Assembly: GCF_051195135.1 (NCBI RefSeq)
Contig: NZ_JBNTKA010000002.1
Location: 831,298-895,297, forward strand
From: Halobaculum sp. D14
Lineage (GTDB): Archaea > Halobacteriota > Halobacteria > Halobacteriales > Haloferacaceae
Length of the DNA stretch: 64,000 nucleotides
Reading direction: 5' to 3'
In this document: one piece after another, positions 48,814-58,951 of the stretch
Layout of the letters: each line of letters opens with the position of its first letter
Numbering within the stretch: the stretch's first letter is position 1
Notes under the pieces: generated by a model
Told to the model about the DNA's origin: nothing
Seen by the model: only the letters and a program-made list of their open reading frames with translations
The model's database searches: none
Made by a program: the position numbers and the translations under genes

Positions 48814-50388
48814 TCAGTTCGCCTTCGCCGCGATGACGTCGTCGATGCGGAGAATCATCGTCGCGGCCTCGGTCGCGGATTCGAGCGCCTCGCGCTTCAC
48901 CGCCGCGGGGTCGTAGACGCCGGCCGCGGCCGGGTCGTCGATGCGGCCGACGCCGGTGTCGACGAGGACGCCGGCGGTGCCGTCGGCGTCGAACATCGCG
49001 CGGAGGTCGACCAGCGCGTCGATGGGGTCCATGCCGGCGTTCGCGGCGAGCGTCCGCGGCAGCGCGTCCACGGCGTCGGCGAACGCCTCGACGGCGAGCG
49101 CCTTCCGGCCGGTGACGGCGTTCGCGCCGTCCCGCACCCGGTCGGACACCGCGACTTCGACGGCGCCGGCGCCCGGAACCACGTCGCCCTCCTCGTAGGC
49201 GGCGGTCACGACGCCGAGCGCGTCGTCGATGGCGCGCTCCAGTTCGTCGACGACGTGGTCGGTGCCGCCGCGGACGAACAGCGTCACGGTCCGGGAGTCG
49301 TCGCTGCCGGAGAGGAACGTCAGGTCGTCGCCGCCGACGGCCTCGACGCGCACCTCGCCGGCCGTCCCGAGGTCGCTCGCCTCCAGGTCCGCGACGGCCC
49401 CGAGCCGCTTCGCGCCGGTCGCGCGAGCGAACGCGCGGGCCTCGGACTTCGAGACGTTCGAGAACGCCAGGATTCCCTCGTCGGCGAGGTGAGCCGCGAC
49501 GCGGTCTTCGATCTTCTTCGAGCAGACCACGACGTCGGCGCCGGCGTCGGCGATGCCGCGGGCGATTGCGCGCCGCTCGTCGTCTTCGGCCTGCAGCGCG
49601 GCGTCGAGCTGGTCGACGGACGTGATGGTGTACTCGGAGTCGACGTCGCCGGTGCGGACGTCGAGTTTCACGTCGAGGACGGCGACCGATGCGTCGGTGA
49701 CGGTCCGCGGCATGTTCCCGTTCACCGGCTCCTTCTCCAGGATGACGCCGGGGACGACGGACGTCGACGCGGCCGACGCGCCGGTCTTGGTGAACACGCG
49801 GACGTCGTCGCGGTCGACGCGGCCGTCGCGGGCGACCTGCAGCACCGCCTCGACGACGAGGTCGGCGAGCCGGTCGGCGGTGAGGTCGCCGGTGCCTTTC
49901 CCGGTCATCGCGGACTCGGCGACGGCCCGCAGCATCGTCTCGTCGACGTCGCCGTCGACGGTCATGCCGTCGACCGCGTCGAGCGCGAGCCGCAGCGCCT
50001 CGTAGTACCCTTCGACGATTGCCGTCGGGTGGACGTCGTCGGCGAGCAGGTCCTCGGCGCGCGCGAGCAGTTGGCCGGCGAGCACCGCGGCCGTCGTCGT
50101 CCCGTCGCCGACTTCGGCCTCCTGCGTCTCGGCGACCTCGACGAGCATCTGCGCCGCCGGGTGCTCGATGTCCATCTCCGTCAGGATGGTCGCGCCGTCG
50201 TTCGTGACGACGACGTCGCCGGTGGAGTCGACCAGCATCTTGTCCATGCCGCGCGGCCCGAGCGTGGTTCGCACGGCGTTCGCGACCGCGCGGCCCGCCG
50301 CGATGTTCGACTGCTGGGCGTCGCCGCCGCGGGTCCGCTGGCTGCCCTCCGCGAGAATGTACAGTGGTTGCTGGTGAATGTACGCCAT
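48814..50388 (-). CDS. thermosome subunit (group II chaperonin), divergent paralog
   Basis: Chaperonin signatures [17 protein letters not shown] and GDGTTT. Confidence 0.9.
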   Translation of the reverse strand: MAYIHQQPLYILAEGSQRTRGGDAQQSNIAAGRAVANAVRTTLGPRGMDKMLVDSTGDVVVTNDGATILTEMDIEHPAAQMLVEVAETQEAEVGDGTTTAAVLAGQLLARAEDLLADDVHPTAIVEGYYEALRLALDAVDGMTVDGDVDETMLRAVAESAMTGKGTGDLTADRLADLVVEAVLQVARDGRVDRDDVRVFTKTGASAASTSVVPGVILEKEPVNGNMPRTVTDASVAVLDVKLDVRTGDVDSEYTITSVDQLDAALQAEDDERRAIARGIADAGADVVVCSKKIEDRVAAHLADEGILAFSNVSKSEARAFARATGAKRLGAVADLEASDLGTAGEVRVEAVGGDDLTFLSGSDDSRTVTLFVRGGTDHVVDELERAIDDALGVVTAAYEEGDVVPGAGAVEVAVSDRVRDGANAVTGRKALAVEAFADAVDALPRTLAANAGMDPIDALVDLRAMFDADGTAGVLVDTGVGRIDDPAAAGVYDPAAVKREALESATEAATMILRIDDVIAAKAN

Positions 50389-50530
50389 GATACTCGAAGA
50401 CCAGTATGGATGCGGTTCTATATGAAGATATCGAGAAACTTGGCGCGGAATTAGCAGGGCAGCGTGGCGGCAGCGTCCGGTGTCCTGTCTCCGCTCGCTG
50501 ATGGTCGTCCGCGTGCAGCCACGCGACGGC

Positions 50531-50545
50531 CACCTATTTATGTGA
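50531..50545 (+). promoter_or_regulatory. TATA-box-containing promoter motif CACCTATTTATGTGA, 25 nt upstream of the ATG at 50570
   Basis: Identical spacing and near-identical sequence to 26525-26539. Confidence 0.45.
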
Positions 50546-50569
50546 ACGTGCCGAAACGTCCGGCGGTAG

Positions 50570-51022
50570 ATGCCCTCCGTTCAGCCCTTCATCGACCGGC
50601 TCCCGCCCGTGTGGCGATACGCTGCCGTCGGCGGCGTGGTCGGCGCCGCGCTGACCGTCGCGCAGAACTGGCAGTGGTGGGCCAGTTCCGACTTCTCCGC
50701 CGACATGGTCGTGGTCGGCGGGGTCGTCGCCGGCTACCTCGCGAAGCGAAGCGCGGCCGACGTGAACGCCGACCGCGCGGGGTTCCTCGCCGGCCTCGTC
50801 GCGGGCGTCCCCGGCTACGTCTGGCTGTTCCCGGCGCTGCTGGAGGCCGCTGCGAGCTTCGCCGGCGGCGGCGTGGCGCTGGCGGTCACCGCCGCGTTCT
50901 TCCTGCCGTTCAGCGTCGCCGTCCTCGCCATCACGGCCACGGCCGGACTGCTCGGCAGCATGGTCGGCGGCTGGCTCGCCGGGAAACTCGGCGCTCGCCG
51001 GGACGTCGCTGCGGGGAACTGA
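50570..51022 (+). CDS. hypothetical membrane protein (DUF5518-like)
   Basis: 150 aa with four TM segments. Confidence 0.55.
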   Translation: MPSVQPFIDRLPPVWRYAAVGGVVGAALTVAQNWQWWASSDFSADMVVVGGVVAGYLAKRSAADVNADRAGFLAGLVAGVPGYVWLFPALLEAAASFAGGGVALAVTAAFFLPFSVAVLAITATAGLLGSMVGGWLAGKLGARRDVAAGN

Positions 51023-51149
51023 CGGCGTTCCGCGGCGTCGACGCCGGCTTCGGCCTCGAACTCGACGCGGCCGCGTCGCGGGTCGCCGGCGGCGCCGCTC
51101 CGGTCGCGGGACCGCACGGTTTTAGCCGCTCGACCGTCCACGTCACAGT

Positions 51150-52910
51150 ATGACCGCGCCGGACCCCGCAGACCTCTCCGTGACCATCGTCGACGGCTAC
51201 GTCGACGAGCCGGCGCACTTCGGCGTCCCGCCGTACATCTCGACGTATCCGCGGTTCACGGCGGGCGCCATCGTCGACGCCGGCGTCCCGGAGTCGCAGG
51301 TGACGTACCACACCATCGACGAACTCCGCGACGACCGGCGGAAGTGGGGCGACGTCGCCGACGCCGACCTCGTGGTGTACGTCGGCGGCATGACCGTCCC
51401 CGGGAAGTACGTCGGCGGCACGCCGGCCGAACCCGACGAGGTGCGCGAACTCGCGTGGACCGCCGACGGCGTCACGCTGCTCGGCGGCCCCGTCCGGTTC
51501 GGCGTCGGCGACGAGAACGCCGGCGCACAGGAGATGGAGCGCGACGACCTCGACTACGACTTCGTGTCGATGGGCGACGTCGAAGCCGCCGCGCACGACC
51601 TCATCGAGAGCGGCCTCGAAGGCTTCGGGAACCGCATCCGCGACTACGACGAGGTGGCGCGCTGGAGCGGCATGGGCGCGTTCGTCGTCGAACAGCACCC
51701 GAACCACCCGGACTACCTCATCGCGGAACTGGAGACGTCACGCGGCTGCGCGTACCGCTGTTCGTTCTGCACGGAGCCGCTGTACGGCGACCCGGACTTC
51801 CGGACCGCGCCCGACGTCGTCTCCGAGGTCGACGCGCTCTCTGACTACGGCGTGAAGCACTTCCGGCTCGGCCGGCAGGCCGACATCCTCGCGTTCGGCG
51901 GCGACGGCGAGGCGCCGAACCCGGACGCGCTCCGACAGCTGTACGGCGGCATCCGCGACGTCGCGCCGGGGCTGGAGACGCTCCACCTCGACAACATGAA
52001 CCCCGTGACCATCACGGACTACCCGGAGGCGTCGAAGGAGGCCATCCGGGTCATCGCCGAGCACAACACGCCCGGCGACACCGCCGCGTTCGGCCTCGAA
52101 TCCGCCGACCCGGAGGTCCGCGAGCAGAACAACCTCCTCGTGAGCGCCGAAGAGTGCCTGGAGGCCGTCCGCGTCGTCAACGAGGCCGCCGGGTGGCGCC
52201 CCGGCGAGTCCCGCGGCGACGCGCCGACGTTCGGCGACGACGCCGCCCGCCGCCTCCCGAAACTGCTCCCCGGCATCAACCTCGTCCACGGACTGGAGGG
52301 CGAAACCGAGGCGACGTTCGAGCACAACAAGCAGTTCCTGCAGGACGTCCTCGACGAGGGGCTGTTGGTCCGCCGCGTCAACATCCGGCAGGTGATGGCG
52401 TTCGAGGGCACCGAGATGGCGGACACCGGCGCCGAACTCGCCCGCGACCACAAAAAGCAGTTCCAGCGGTACAAACGCGAGGTGCGCGAGCAGTTCGACC
52501 GGCCGATGCTGGAGCGCGTCATGCCGCCCGGCACCGTCCTCCCCGACGTCCACCTCGAATACCACGAGGACGGCACGACGTTCGGCCGCCAGCTCGGCAC
52601 CTACCCGATTCTCGTCGGCATCCCGGGCGAGCGCGAACTCGGCCGCAGCGTCGACGTCGCCGTCGTCGACTGGGGCTACCGCTCGGTGACGGCCGTCCCG
52701 TACCCGCTCGACGTGAACGGCGCGTCGATGACCGAACTCGCGGCCATCCCGGGCGTCGGCGACAGCACCGCCGGCGACCTCGTCGTGAACCGGCCGTACG
52801 CCGACGCGCAGGAGGCCTCCGCCGTCGCCGACGTGGACCTCTCCCGGTTCGCCGAAACCGACATCCCCGGCGTCGACGACGCCGTCGAATCGTCGGGCCG
52901 CGCCGACTGA
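51150..52910 (+). CDS. radical SAM protein with an N-terminal flavodoxin/B12-like domain and a C-terminal helix-hairpin-helix
   Basis: SRGCAYRCSFC gives CxxxCxxC; C-terminal HhH ELAAIPGVGDSTAGDLV. Confidence 0.8.
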   Translation: MTAPDPADLSVTIVDGYVDEPAHFGVPPYISTYPRFTAGAIVDAGVPESQVTYHTIDELRDDRRKWGDVADADLVVYVGGMTVPGKYVGGTPAEPDEVRELAWTADGVTLLGGPVRFGVGDENAGAQEMERDDLDYDFVSMGDVEAAAHDLIESGLEGFGNRIRDYDEVARWSGMGAFVVEQHPNHPDYLIAELETSRGCAYRCSFCTEPLYGDPDFRTAPDVVSEVDALSDYGVKHFRLGRQADILAFGGDGEAPNPDALRQLYGGIRDVAPGLETLHLDNMNPVTITDYPEASKEAIRVIAEHNTPGDTAAFGLESADPEVREQNNLLVSAEECLEAVRVVNEAAGWRPGESRGDAPTFGDDAARRLPKLLPGINLVHGLEGETEATFEHNKQFLQDVLDEGLLVRRVNIRQVMAFEGTEMADTGAELARDHKKQFQRYKREVREQFDRPMLERVMPPGTVLPDVHLEYHEDGTTFGRQLGTYPILVGIPGERELGRSVDVAVVDWGYRSVTAVPYPLDVNGASMTELAAIPGVGDSTAGDLVVNRPYADAQEASAVADVDLSRFAETDIPGVDDAVESSGRAD

Positions 52911-52911
52911 G

Positions 52912-53739
52912 ATGCACGTCGACCAGTTCTCCGTCCCCGTCGACACGCGCGCGCCGACCGGGCAGACGAACGCGTACGTCGTCGTCGGCCCCGCCGCCGA
53001 CCGGGACAGACACTCGGCCGCCGGCGACGCCGACAGCGCCGCGGAGACGGAGACGCTGCTCGTCGACCCGGCGGCGCGGACCGACACGCTCGACACCGTC
53101 GTCCGCGAGAAGGGCGTCGACCACGTCGCCGTCACCCACGCCCACCCGGACCACGTCGGCGCCGTCGCCGACTACGCCCGCGAGTCCGGCGCCACGGTGT
53201 GGGCGCGCCGCGGCCGCGAGGACCGCTTCCGCGACGCCGCCGGCGTCGCCCCCGACCGGACGTTCGCGGAAGGCGACCGGGTCGGCCCGGCGACGGTACT
53301 GGACACGCCGGGGCACGCCCCGGACCACGTCTGTTTCGCCGTCGCGAACCGAATCCTCTGCGGCGACGTCGCCGTCGCGGACGGCAGCGTCGCGGTCGCC
53401 GCGCCGGAGGGCCGCCTGCGCGCCTACCTGACCGCGCTCCGCCGACTCCACGCCCGCAACCCCGCCGCGCTGTACCCGGGCCACGGGCCGCGCATCGACG
53501 ACGCGCAGGTGACGTGCGCCCGGCTCATCCGGCACCGCCTCGACCGCGAAGCGTCCGTGCTCGACGCCGTCCGCGCCGGCGCGACGGACCCGGACGCCGT
53601 CGTCGACGCCGCCTACGACGCGGACCTCACGGGCGTCCGCGACCTCGCGCGCGCCACCGCCGTCGCGCACATCGAGAAACTCGCGTGGGACGGCCTGGTG
53701 GAGTGGGACGCGGCCGCCGAGCGCGTCACGCCGCGCTGA
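52912..53739 (+). CDS. MBL-fold metallo-hydrolase
   Basis: VTHAHPDHVG (HxHxDH) and PGHAPDH; 1 nt after the radical SAM stop. Confidence 0.85.
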   Translation: MHVDQFSVPVDTRAPTGQTNAYVVVGPAADRDRHSAAGDADSAAETETLLVDPAARTDTLDTVVREKGVDHVAVTHAHPDHVGAVADYARESGATVWARRGREDRFRDAAGVAPDRTFAEGDRVGPATVLDTPGHAPDHVCFAVANRILCGDVAVADGSVAVAAPEGRLRAYLTALRRLHARNPAALYPGHGPRIDDAQVTCARLIRHRLDREASVLDAVRAGATDPDAVVDAAYDADLTGVRDLARATAVAHIEKLAWDGLVEWDAAAERVTPR

Positions 53740-53772
53740 GCGCCTGCGCCGTTCGGGTCGCGCTCGCCGTCG

Positions 53773-53994
53773 CTACCTGATCTCCGACAGCGGCACGAAC
53801 GCGTCGGCGTCCGCGGAGAGCCAGTGGGTCATGAGGACGTGCTCGTCGACGTCGGACGGGTGGACGGTGCAGCGGTCCGGCTCGCCGTCGTGTCTCACCA
53901 GCGTCGCACGCAGCCCGGAGGGCGCGGCGAACCGCGGGTCGGCGGTGCGAAGCCGCTCGTCCGAATCAGCGTCGGAGTCGGTGGAAGCCGACAT
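53773..53994 (-). CDS. hypothetical small protein
   Basis: 73 aa, acidic. Confidence 0.4.
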   Translation of the reverse strand: MSASTDSDADSDERLRTADPRFAAPSGLRATLVRHDGEPDRCTVHPSDVDEHVLMTHWLSADADAFVPLSEIR

Positions 53995-54133
53995 CGACTG
54001 TCGCTCGCCCCGCCGCCGCCTTAACCGTCGCTAAGACCAGTCCGGGCGGCTCCCCGGGACTATTGAGCCGTCCGGAGGCTCATGGACTGGCACGGCTGCG
54101 GGCGCGGCCCCGGTCCGCGCACCCGACGACGTT

Positions 54134-54856
54134 TTGGGCGCGGCAGCCCGACTCGGGGACGTGAAGCCACTCGAAGCGGAGCTCGACCGCGCCCGCGAGC
54201 TCGACGTCGACGCGCTCGCGGACGCCATCGAAACCATCGGCTTCGAGTGCACCCGCTGTGGCGCCTGCTGCAAGAGCGAATCCGGCTGCGGCGCCGACGA
54301 CGCGGACGAAGAGCCGCACACGGCGACCGTGTTCCCCGACGAAGTCCGGACGCTCCAGTCCGCCGCCGACACCGACGACTACGACTGGCGGGACGTCGCC
54401 CGGCCGATGCCGTACGGGCTCACCGAAGGCCCGGACGGCCCGGAGGGCGAGACGTTCGAGTGGGCGCTCCAGACCGACGACTGCGGCGACTGCGTCTTCT
54501 ACGAGGAGGGCGACGACGACTACTCCGGGGCCTGCGCGGTCCACGAGGACCGGCCGCTCATCTGTCAGACCTACCCGTTCAGCGTCGACCTCGGCGGCAC
54601 CAGTCAGCCGATGGGCGAGGCGGTCGACGAGGAAGGGATGGTTCGCGCGCACGAGTGCGAAGGCCTCGGCCGCGACATCGACCGGGCGGACGCCGTCGAC
54701 CTCGCCGAGGCCCTGAAGGCCCGCGCCGTCCGCGAACTCGAAGAGGCGATTTCGGTCCGCGACGCCTTCGAACCGGTCGAAACCGACACCGGAGAGGTCG
54801 TCGTCCACGACTCGGAGGGCGCGAAGCGCCCCGACGGAACGCCCGTCGACGACTGA
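54134..54856 (+). CDS. YkgJ-family Cys-cluster (Fe-S/Zn) protein
   Basis: ECTRCGACCK cluster plus a second CGDC...C..H.C cluster; TTG or GTG start. Confidence 0.65.
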   Translation: MGAAARLGDVKPLEAELDRARELDVDALADAIETIGFECTRCGACCKSESGCGADDADEEPHTATVFPDEVRTLQSAADTDDYDWRDVARPMPYGLTEGPDGPEGETFEWALQTDDCGDCVFYEEGDDDYSGACAVHEDRPLICQTYPFSVDLGGTSQPMGEAVDEEGMVRAHECEGLGRDIDRADAVDLAEALKARAVRELEEAISVRDAFEPVETDTGEVVVHDSEGAKRPDGTPVDD

Positions 54857-54952
54857 ACTCTCGGCCGGCCGTACCGCCGGCCCCGCGCCGCCGAACTCGG
54901 CGGTAGGTATTTGTCACCGCAGTCGGACGAACCGTGTGGAGGTCTATATACC

Positions 54953-55351
54953 GTGGAAATCTCGGACGAACTCCTCTGTCTGTTCAGCGCTGAAGTCCGC
55001 GAAGACGGGGACCGATACGTGGTGGAGGTGCCGCGCCGCGAGGTCGAAACAGGGAGCGTCGACGCCGGCGACGTCTACCGGGTCGCGCTCATCTCCCGCT
55101 CCGCCGCGGAGGACGGCGCCGAATCATCCGACGAACGCGTCAGCGACGGCCCGCAGCCGCCGGTCGAACCCGGCGAGGTCCGCTACGTCGAAATCGAGGA
55201 CATCGGCAAGCAGGGTGACGGTATCGCCCGCGTCGAGCGCGGCTACGTCATCATCGTCCCCGGCGCCGAAATCGACGAGCGCGTGAAAATCGAGATTACC
55301 GAAGTCAAGTCGAACTTCGCCGTCGGCGAAATCATCGACGAGGACGTCTAG
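54953..55351 (+). CDS. TRAM domain protein
   Basis: C-terminal TRAM: YVEIEDIGKQGDGIARVERGYVIIVPGAEIDERVKIEITEVKSNFAVGEI; probable GTG start. Confidence 0.7.
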   Translation: MEISDELLCLFSAEVREDGDRYVVEVPRREVETGSVDAGDVYRVALISRSAAEDGAESSDERVSDGPQPPVEPGEVRYVEIEDIGKQGDGIARVERGYVIIVPGAEIDERVKIEITEVKSNFAVGEIIDEDV

Positions 55352-55482
55352 GCCGGGCGCCCCCGGCATCGACGTCCTCGCCTGCACCGCGCCGGTGAGC
55401 GGTGCGCGGGGCTCGTCGGTACGGACCCGTCGGTGCCGGGCGGTTCGAGTCGCGAAACGGACAGCGGTGTCGCGGCGGCCCG

Positions 55483-56187
55483 CTACACTTCGGCCGTCCA
55501 GTACGACACCGAGGAGAACCGGCCGCCGACCGGGTTGTCGACGATGGCCTGGTCGGCCGACCAGATCGGGTCGGCGACCGCGTTCGGCACTTTCCGGTAG
55601 AAGCCGTACGGGAGCAGGAAGTCGTGGCTGTGCTCGCGGAGGTGGAGGCCGGCGTCCTCCACGAGGCGTTCGACGCCGCTGCGGGAGTAGAGCCGCGACC
55701 CCATCGGGAGCGCCCAGTTGTAGAGGACGCGGAGCGACGCGTCGTCGAACGTGTCGAAGAACACGGTCCGCTTGGAGACGCGCGCCATCTCCGCGAGGAA
55801 CTTCGCGGGGGTGTCGGCGAGGTGGAAAAAGCGCATCGCGAACACCGCGTCGAAGTGGTCGTCGGGGAACGGAAGCCGGGCGGCGTCGCCGCGCATGAAC
55901 TCGATGTTGTCGGCGACGTCGGCCTGCCTGGCCTTCCGGCGGCCCTGTTCGAGCATCGCGTTCGAGATGTCGAGGCCGACGATGTCCGCGCCGCGCTCGG
56001 CGAGCATCACGGTGAACCGACCGGTCCCGCAGGCGATTTCGAGCACGCGCTCGCCGTCCACCGGCCCGATGGCGTCGAGAACCGCCTCTTTCTCCCGGCG
56101 GTCGATGAGCCGTCCGCCCTTCGAGAACCGCTTGGCGTCGTACTCCTCGGCCACCGAGTCGGCCTGGTACCACTCCTGCCCTTTCAC
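55483..56187 (-). CDS. class I SAM-dependent methyltransferase
   Basis: Motif I VLEIACGTGRF; GTG start, with an Arg-rich artefact upstream. Confidence 0.8.
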   Translation of the reverse strand: MKGQEWYQADSVAEEYDAKRFSKGGRLIDRREKEAVLDAIGPVDGERVLEIACGTGRFTVMLAERGADIVGLDISNAMLEQGRRKARQADVADNIEFMRGDAARLPFPDDHFDAVFAMRFFHLADTPAKFLAEMARVSKRTVFFDTFDDASLRVLYNWALPMGSRLYSRSGVERLVEDAGLHLREHSHDFLLPYGFYRKVPNAVADPIWSADQAIVDNPVGGRFSSVSYWTAEV

Positions 56188-56450
56188 GCTATCACGGCGT
56201 CCTCGCCGGAGTGGTAAAACCGCACCGATTGCGTCGCTCGGTCTGCGACGACGCGGCCGTCGTAGCCCCTGCGCCCGAAGATAACTGCTGAACGACACTT
56301 CCCATCGACTCGCGACGGACAGCACCGCTGACCCCCGTGGTGCGGCCGCGGTTCGACCCGAACGACCCATATAAGTGAGTATAAGGAGTATGGACGGTTT
56401 GAACCCGTATTGAGATAACCTTTACCACAGGGTGGCGATACTGACGGAGT

Positions 56451-56723
56451 ATGAGCACCAGTGCAGCAGACCCGGAGGCAGCCGACCCCCTTTCAGAGAC
56501 GGAGTACCGCGACCGCCTGCGCGACCTCCCGCCGAGCGCGAAACTCGTCGCGAAAGTCCTCGAAGGCGACGCCCCGCTCTCGCAGGGCCAGCTCGCCGAG
56601 GAGTCGCTGCTCCCCGACCGGACGGTCCGCTACGCCCTGAACCGCCTCGAAGAGTGCGACCTCGTCGGCTCGCGCTACTCGTTCAAGGACGCCCGCAAGC
56701 AGGTCTACTTCCTGAACACGTAA
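56451..56723 (+). CDS. small winged-helix DNA-binding protein
   Basis: wHTH at LVAKVLEGDAPLSQGQLAEESLLPDRTVRYALNRLEECDLV. Confidence 0.65.
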   Translation: MSTSAADPEAADPLSETEYRDRLRDLPPSAKLVAKVLEGDAPLSQGQLAEESLLPDRTVRYALNRLEECDLVGSRYSFKDARKQVYFLNT

Positions 56724-56853
56724 CCGGCGTCGCCGCCCGTCGACGCCCACGGCTGGTCCCTCCGCGACGGAACCGCGGCTCGACGCCGCGCCCGTCTGTT
56801 CTCGGTTCGGTTCCGAATCCAATCCACCCATTTAAGTCTCGGAGTCGCTACCG

Positions 56854-57771
56854 TTGGGTATGGAGTTCACGGTGGTCGTCCCGACCCTGAACGGCCGGGA
56901 CAGGCTCGCGGCGAGCCTCGACTCGCTCGCCGCGCACGCGCCCGACGCGGAGGTGGTCGTCGTCAACGGCCCCTCCGCCGACGGCACCACCGGGATGGTC
57001 AGGGAGCGAGACGACGTCGACGTCCTCGTCGAGATTTCGGCGCGGAACGTCAACGTCGCGCGGAACGCCGGCGTCGACGTCGCCGGCAACGACGTCCTCG
57101 CGTTCGTCGGCTACGACCACCGCGTCGAGGAGGGGTGGCTGGACGCCGCCCGCGACGAACTCGCCGCCGGCGCCGACGTCGTCACCGGGCCGCTGCGGCA
57201 GACCGTCCGCGGCGGCGCCACCACCGAGGAGCCGGAACGCCGCCGCATCGCCGACCGCGACGTCACCTACTTCACCGGCCGCAACGTCGTGTTCCGGCGG
57301 CGCGTCGTCGACCGGCTCGACGGCTTCGACGAGTACCTCGAGACGGGCGGCGCCCGCGACGCCGCCCACCGGCTCGCCGCGATGGACGTCGACGTGACGT
57401 GGGCCGCCGACGTCGCGGTCAGACGCGACGCGGACGCGCAGGCGGACGGCGGCCGCGACGACACCGACCTCCGCTGGAAGTACCGCTCGCTCGCCTACCG
57501 CCTCGCGAAGAACTACGGCGCCCGCCCGACCGTATTCCGTCGGCTACTCGCGCACGCAGGCGGCGGCGCGGCCGACGAACTGCGGGCGGTCCTGACCGGC
57601 GACACGACGCCGACGTCGTGGGTCGGCGCCGGCCGCGACGTCGTCGCCGGACTGGCGACCGGCCTCTCCGACGGACTGGTCGCGCGCGCCAAGGATCGGT
57701 CGACGACGCGGAACCCCCACGGCGTCTCCGACCGCGCCGACCGCGCCGTCGCGAAGTACGACCGACGGTAA
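56854..57771 (+). CDS. glycosyltransferase family 2-like protein
   Basis: N-terminal FTVVVPTLNGRDRL...SL GT-A start; divergent. Confidence 0.65.
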   Translation: MGMEFTVVVPTLNGRDRLAASLDSLAAHAPDAEVVVVNGPSADGTTGMVRERDDVDVLVEISARNVNVARNAGVDVAGNDVLAFVGYDHRVEEGWLDAARDELAAGADVVTGPLRQTVRGGATTEEPERRRIADRDVTYFTGRNVVFRRRVVDRLDGFDEYLETGGARDAAHRLAAMDVDVTWAADVAVRRDADAQADGGRDDTDLRWKYRSLAYRLAKNYGARPTVFRRLLAHAGGGAADELRAVLTGDTTPTSWVGAGRDVVAGLATGLSDGLVARAKDRSTTRNPHGVSDRADRAVAKYDRR

Positions 57772-57856
57772 GCCGGCCGCTGCGCCGCTGTTCCTCCGGG
57801 TACCCTCGTCGAGCTCGTCCGTCGCTGCGTTTCCGAGCCGCTGCTCGGCCGAGTCG

Positions 57857-58687
57857 CTACTCGTCGGCGCCGGGGGCGAGCCCCGGGAAGACGCGGGACG
57901 GGTTCGCGGAGAACGCTCGGCTCATCAGGTCCTCGGGGACGTCGAGCGTCAGCAGCTCCATGACGCCGACGTCGGGGTGGGTGTCGGGGGCGCCCGACCC
58001 GAACAGGACGCGGTCCGGGTGTTCGAGCAGCCCCTGTTCGAGCACGTCGCGGTACCGGACGAACGACGTGTCGAGGTACAGGTCGTCGTAGTCGTCGAGC
58101 AGCGCGAGCGCGTCCGTCATCAGGTCGCGGTTCAGCGGGTAGCCGCCGAAGCTGCTGAGCACAACCGGGAAGCCGTACTCCAGCACCGTGTCGGCGGCGG
58201 CGGCCGGCGGGAACGACTCGCCGGCGTGGACCAGCAGCGGCGCGCCGGCGTCGTCGACCTGCTCCAGGACGGCTTCGGTCGGCAGGCCGTCCATGCCGGG
58301 GTCGAGCACGAAGCCGTGGAACCGGTCGTCGTAGGCGTACTGCTCGACGTCCCCCGGCTCGGTGTGGTGGCTCGCGGGGGACGCCGTGAGGTTCCGGAGC
58401 CGAGAGACCGGGGTGTCGCCGGGGTCGCGCGGCCCGTTCAGCCGCGCCACCGCGCAGAACGGCCGGTCGACGGAGAGGCGGGCGACGGCGTTGTTCGCGC
58501 GGAGGTAGCCTTCGCCGGCGGGACGCGGCCCCGGCGAGACGGCCGCCCGGACCACGCCGGCCTGATGCATCTCCCGCTGGAGCCGCTCGGGCGACACCTC
58601 CCGGCCGCGTGCCGCCACGGCGCCCTCGTCGGGGTCGAGTCGAGCGTGGACGTCGACGACCCGGAACTCGTGCTCCAGTTCCAGCAT
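57857..58687 (-). CDS. amidohydrolase-family (TIM-barrel metal-dependent hydrolase) protein
   Basis: VVDVHARL N-terminal metal site; LLVHAGE. Confidence 0.65.
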   Translation of the reverse strand: MLELEHEFRVVDVHARLDPDEGAVAARGREVSPERLQREMHQAGVVRAAVSPGPRPAGEGYLRANNAVARLSVDRPFCAVARLNGPRDPGDTPVSRLRNLTASPASHHTEPGDVEQYAYDDRFHGFVLDPGMDGLPTEAVLEQVDDAGAPLLVHAGESFPPAAAADTVLEYGFPVVLSSFGGYPLNRDLMTDALALLDDYDDLYLDTSFVRYRDVLEQGLLEHPDRVLFGSGAPDTHPDVGVMELLTLDVPEDLMSRAFSANPSRVFPGLAPGADE

Positions 58688-58792
58688 TCGTCTTCTGTGT
58701 GGATGTGGGGTGTCTTAGATGTTGCAGAAAGCGCCGTGGCCGTCGCGGTCCGCCCCACGCCGTTTATTGTGGCCGACGCCGTACCGTCTGGT

Positions 58793-58951
58793 ATGCCCGC
58801 CACGAAGGAAGTCAAGTGCACCAGCGACGACTGCGAACTCGACATGTTCGAGAACCACTACACCTACGACATCGCCGACGACCACTCCGTCTCGGACCTG
58901 TCGTGTCCGCTCTGCGGCGGGACGGACTGCCTCGAAGAGATCGAGCTATGA
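58793..58951 (+). CDS. small zinc-ribbon protein (52 aa)
   Basis: CTSDDC...CPLCGGTDC gives four Cys; the stop overlaps the Hsp20 start (ATGA). Confidence 0.5.
   Translation: MPATKEVKCTSDDCELDMFENHYTYDIADDHSVSDLSCPLCGGTDCLEEIEL

Noticed and set aside
46539-50533. Two ORFs of more than 600 aa (46539-48533 and 48677-50533) rich in Arg
   Set aside because: These are shadow frames over the APC permease and thermosome genes.
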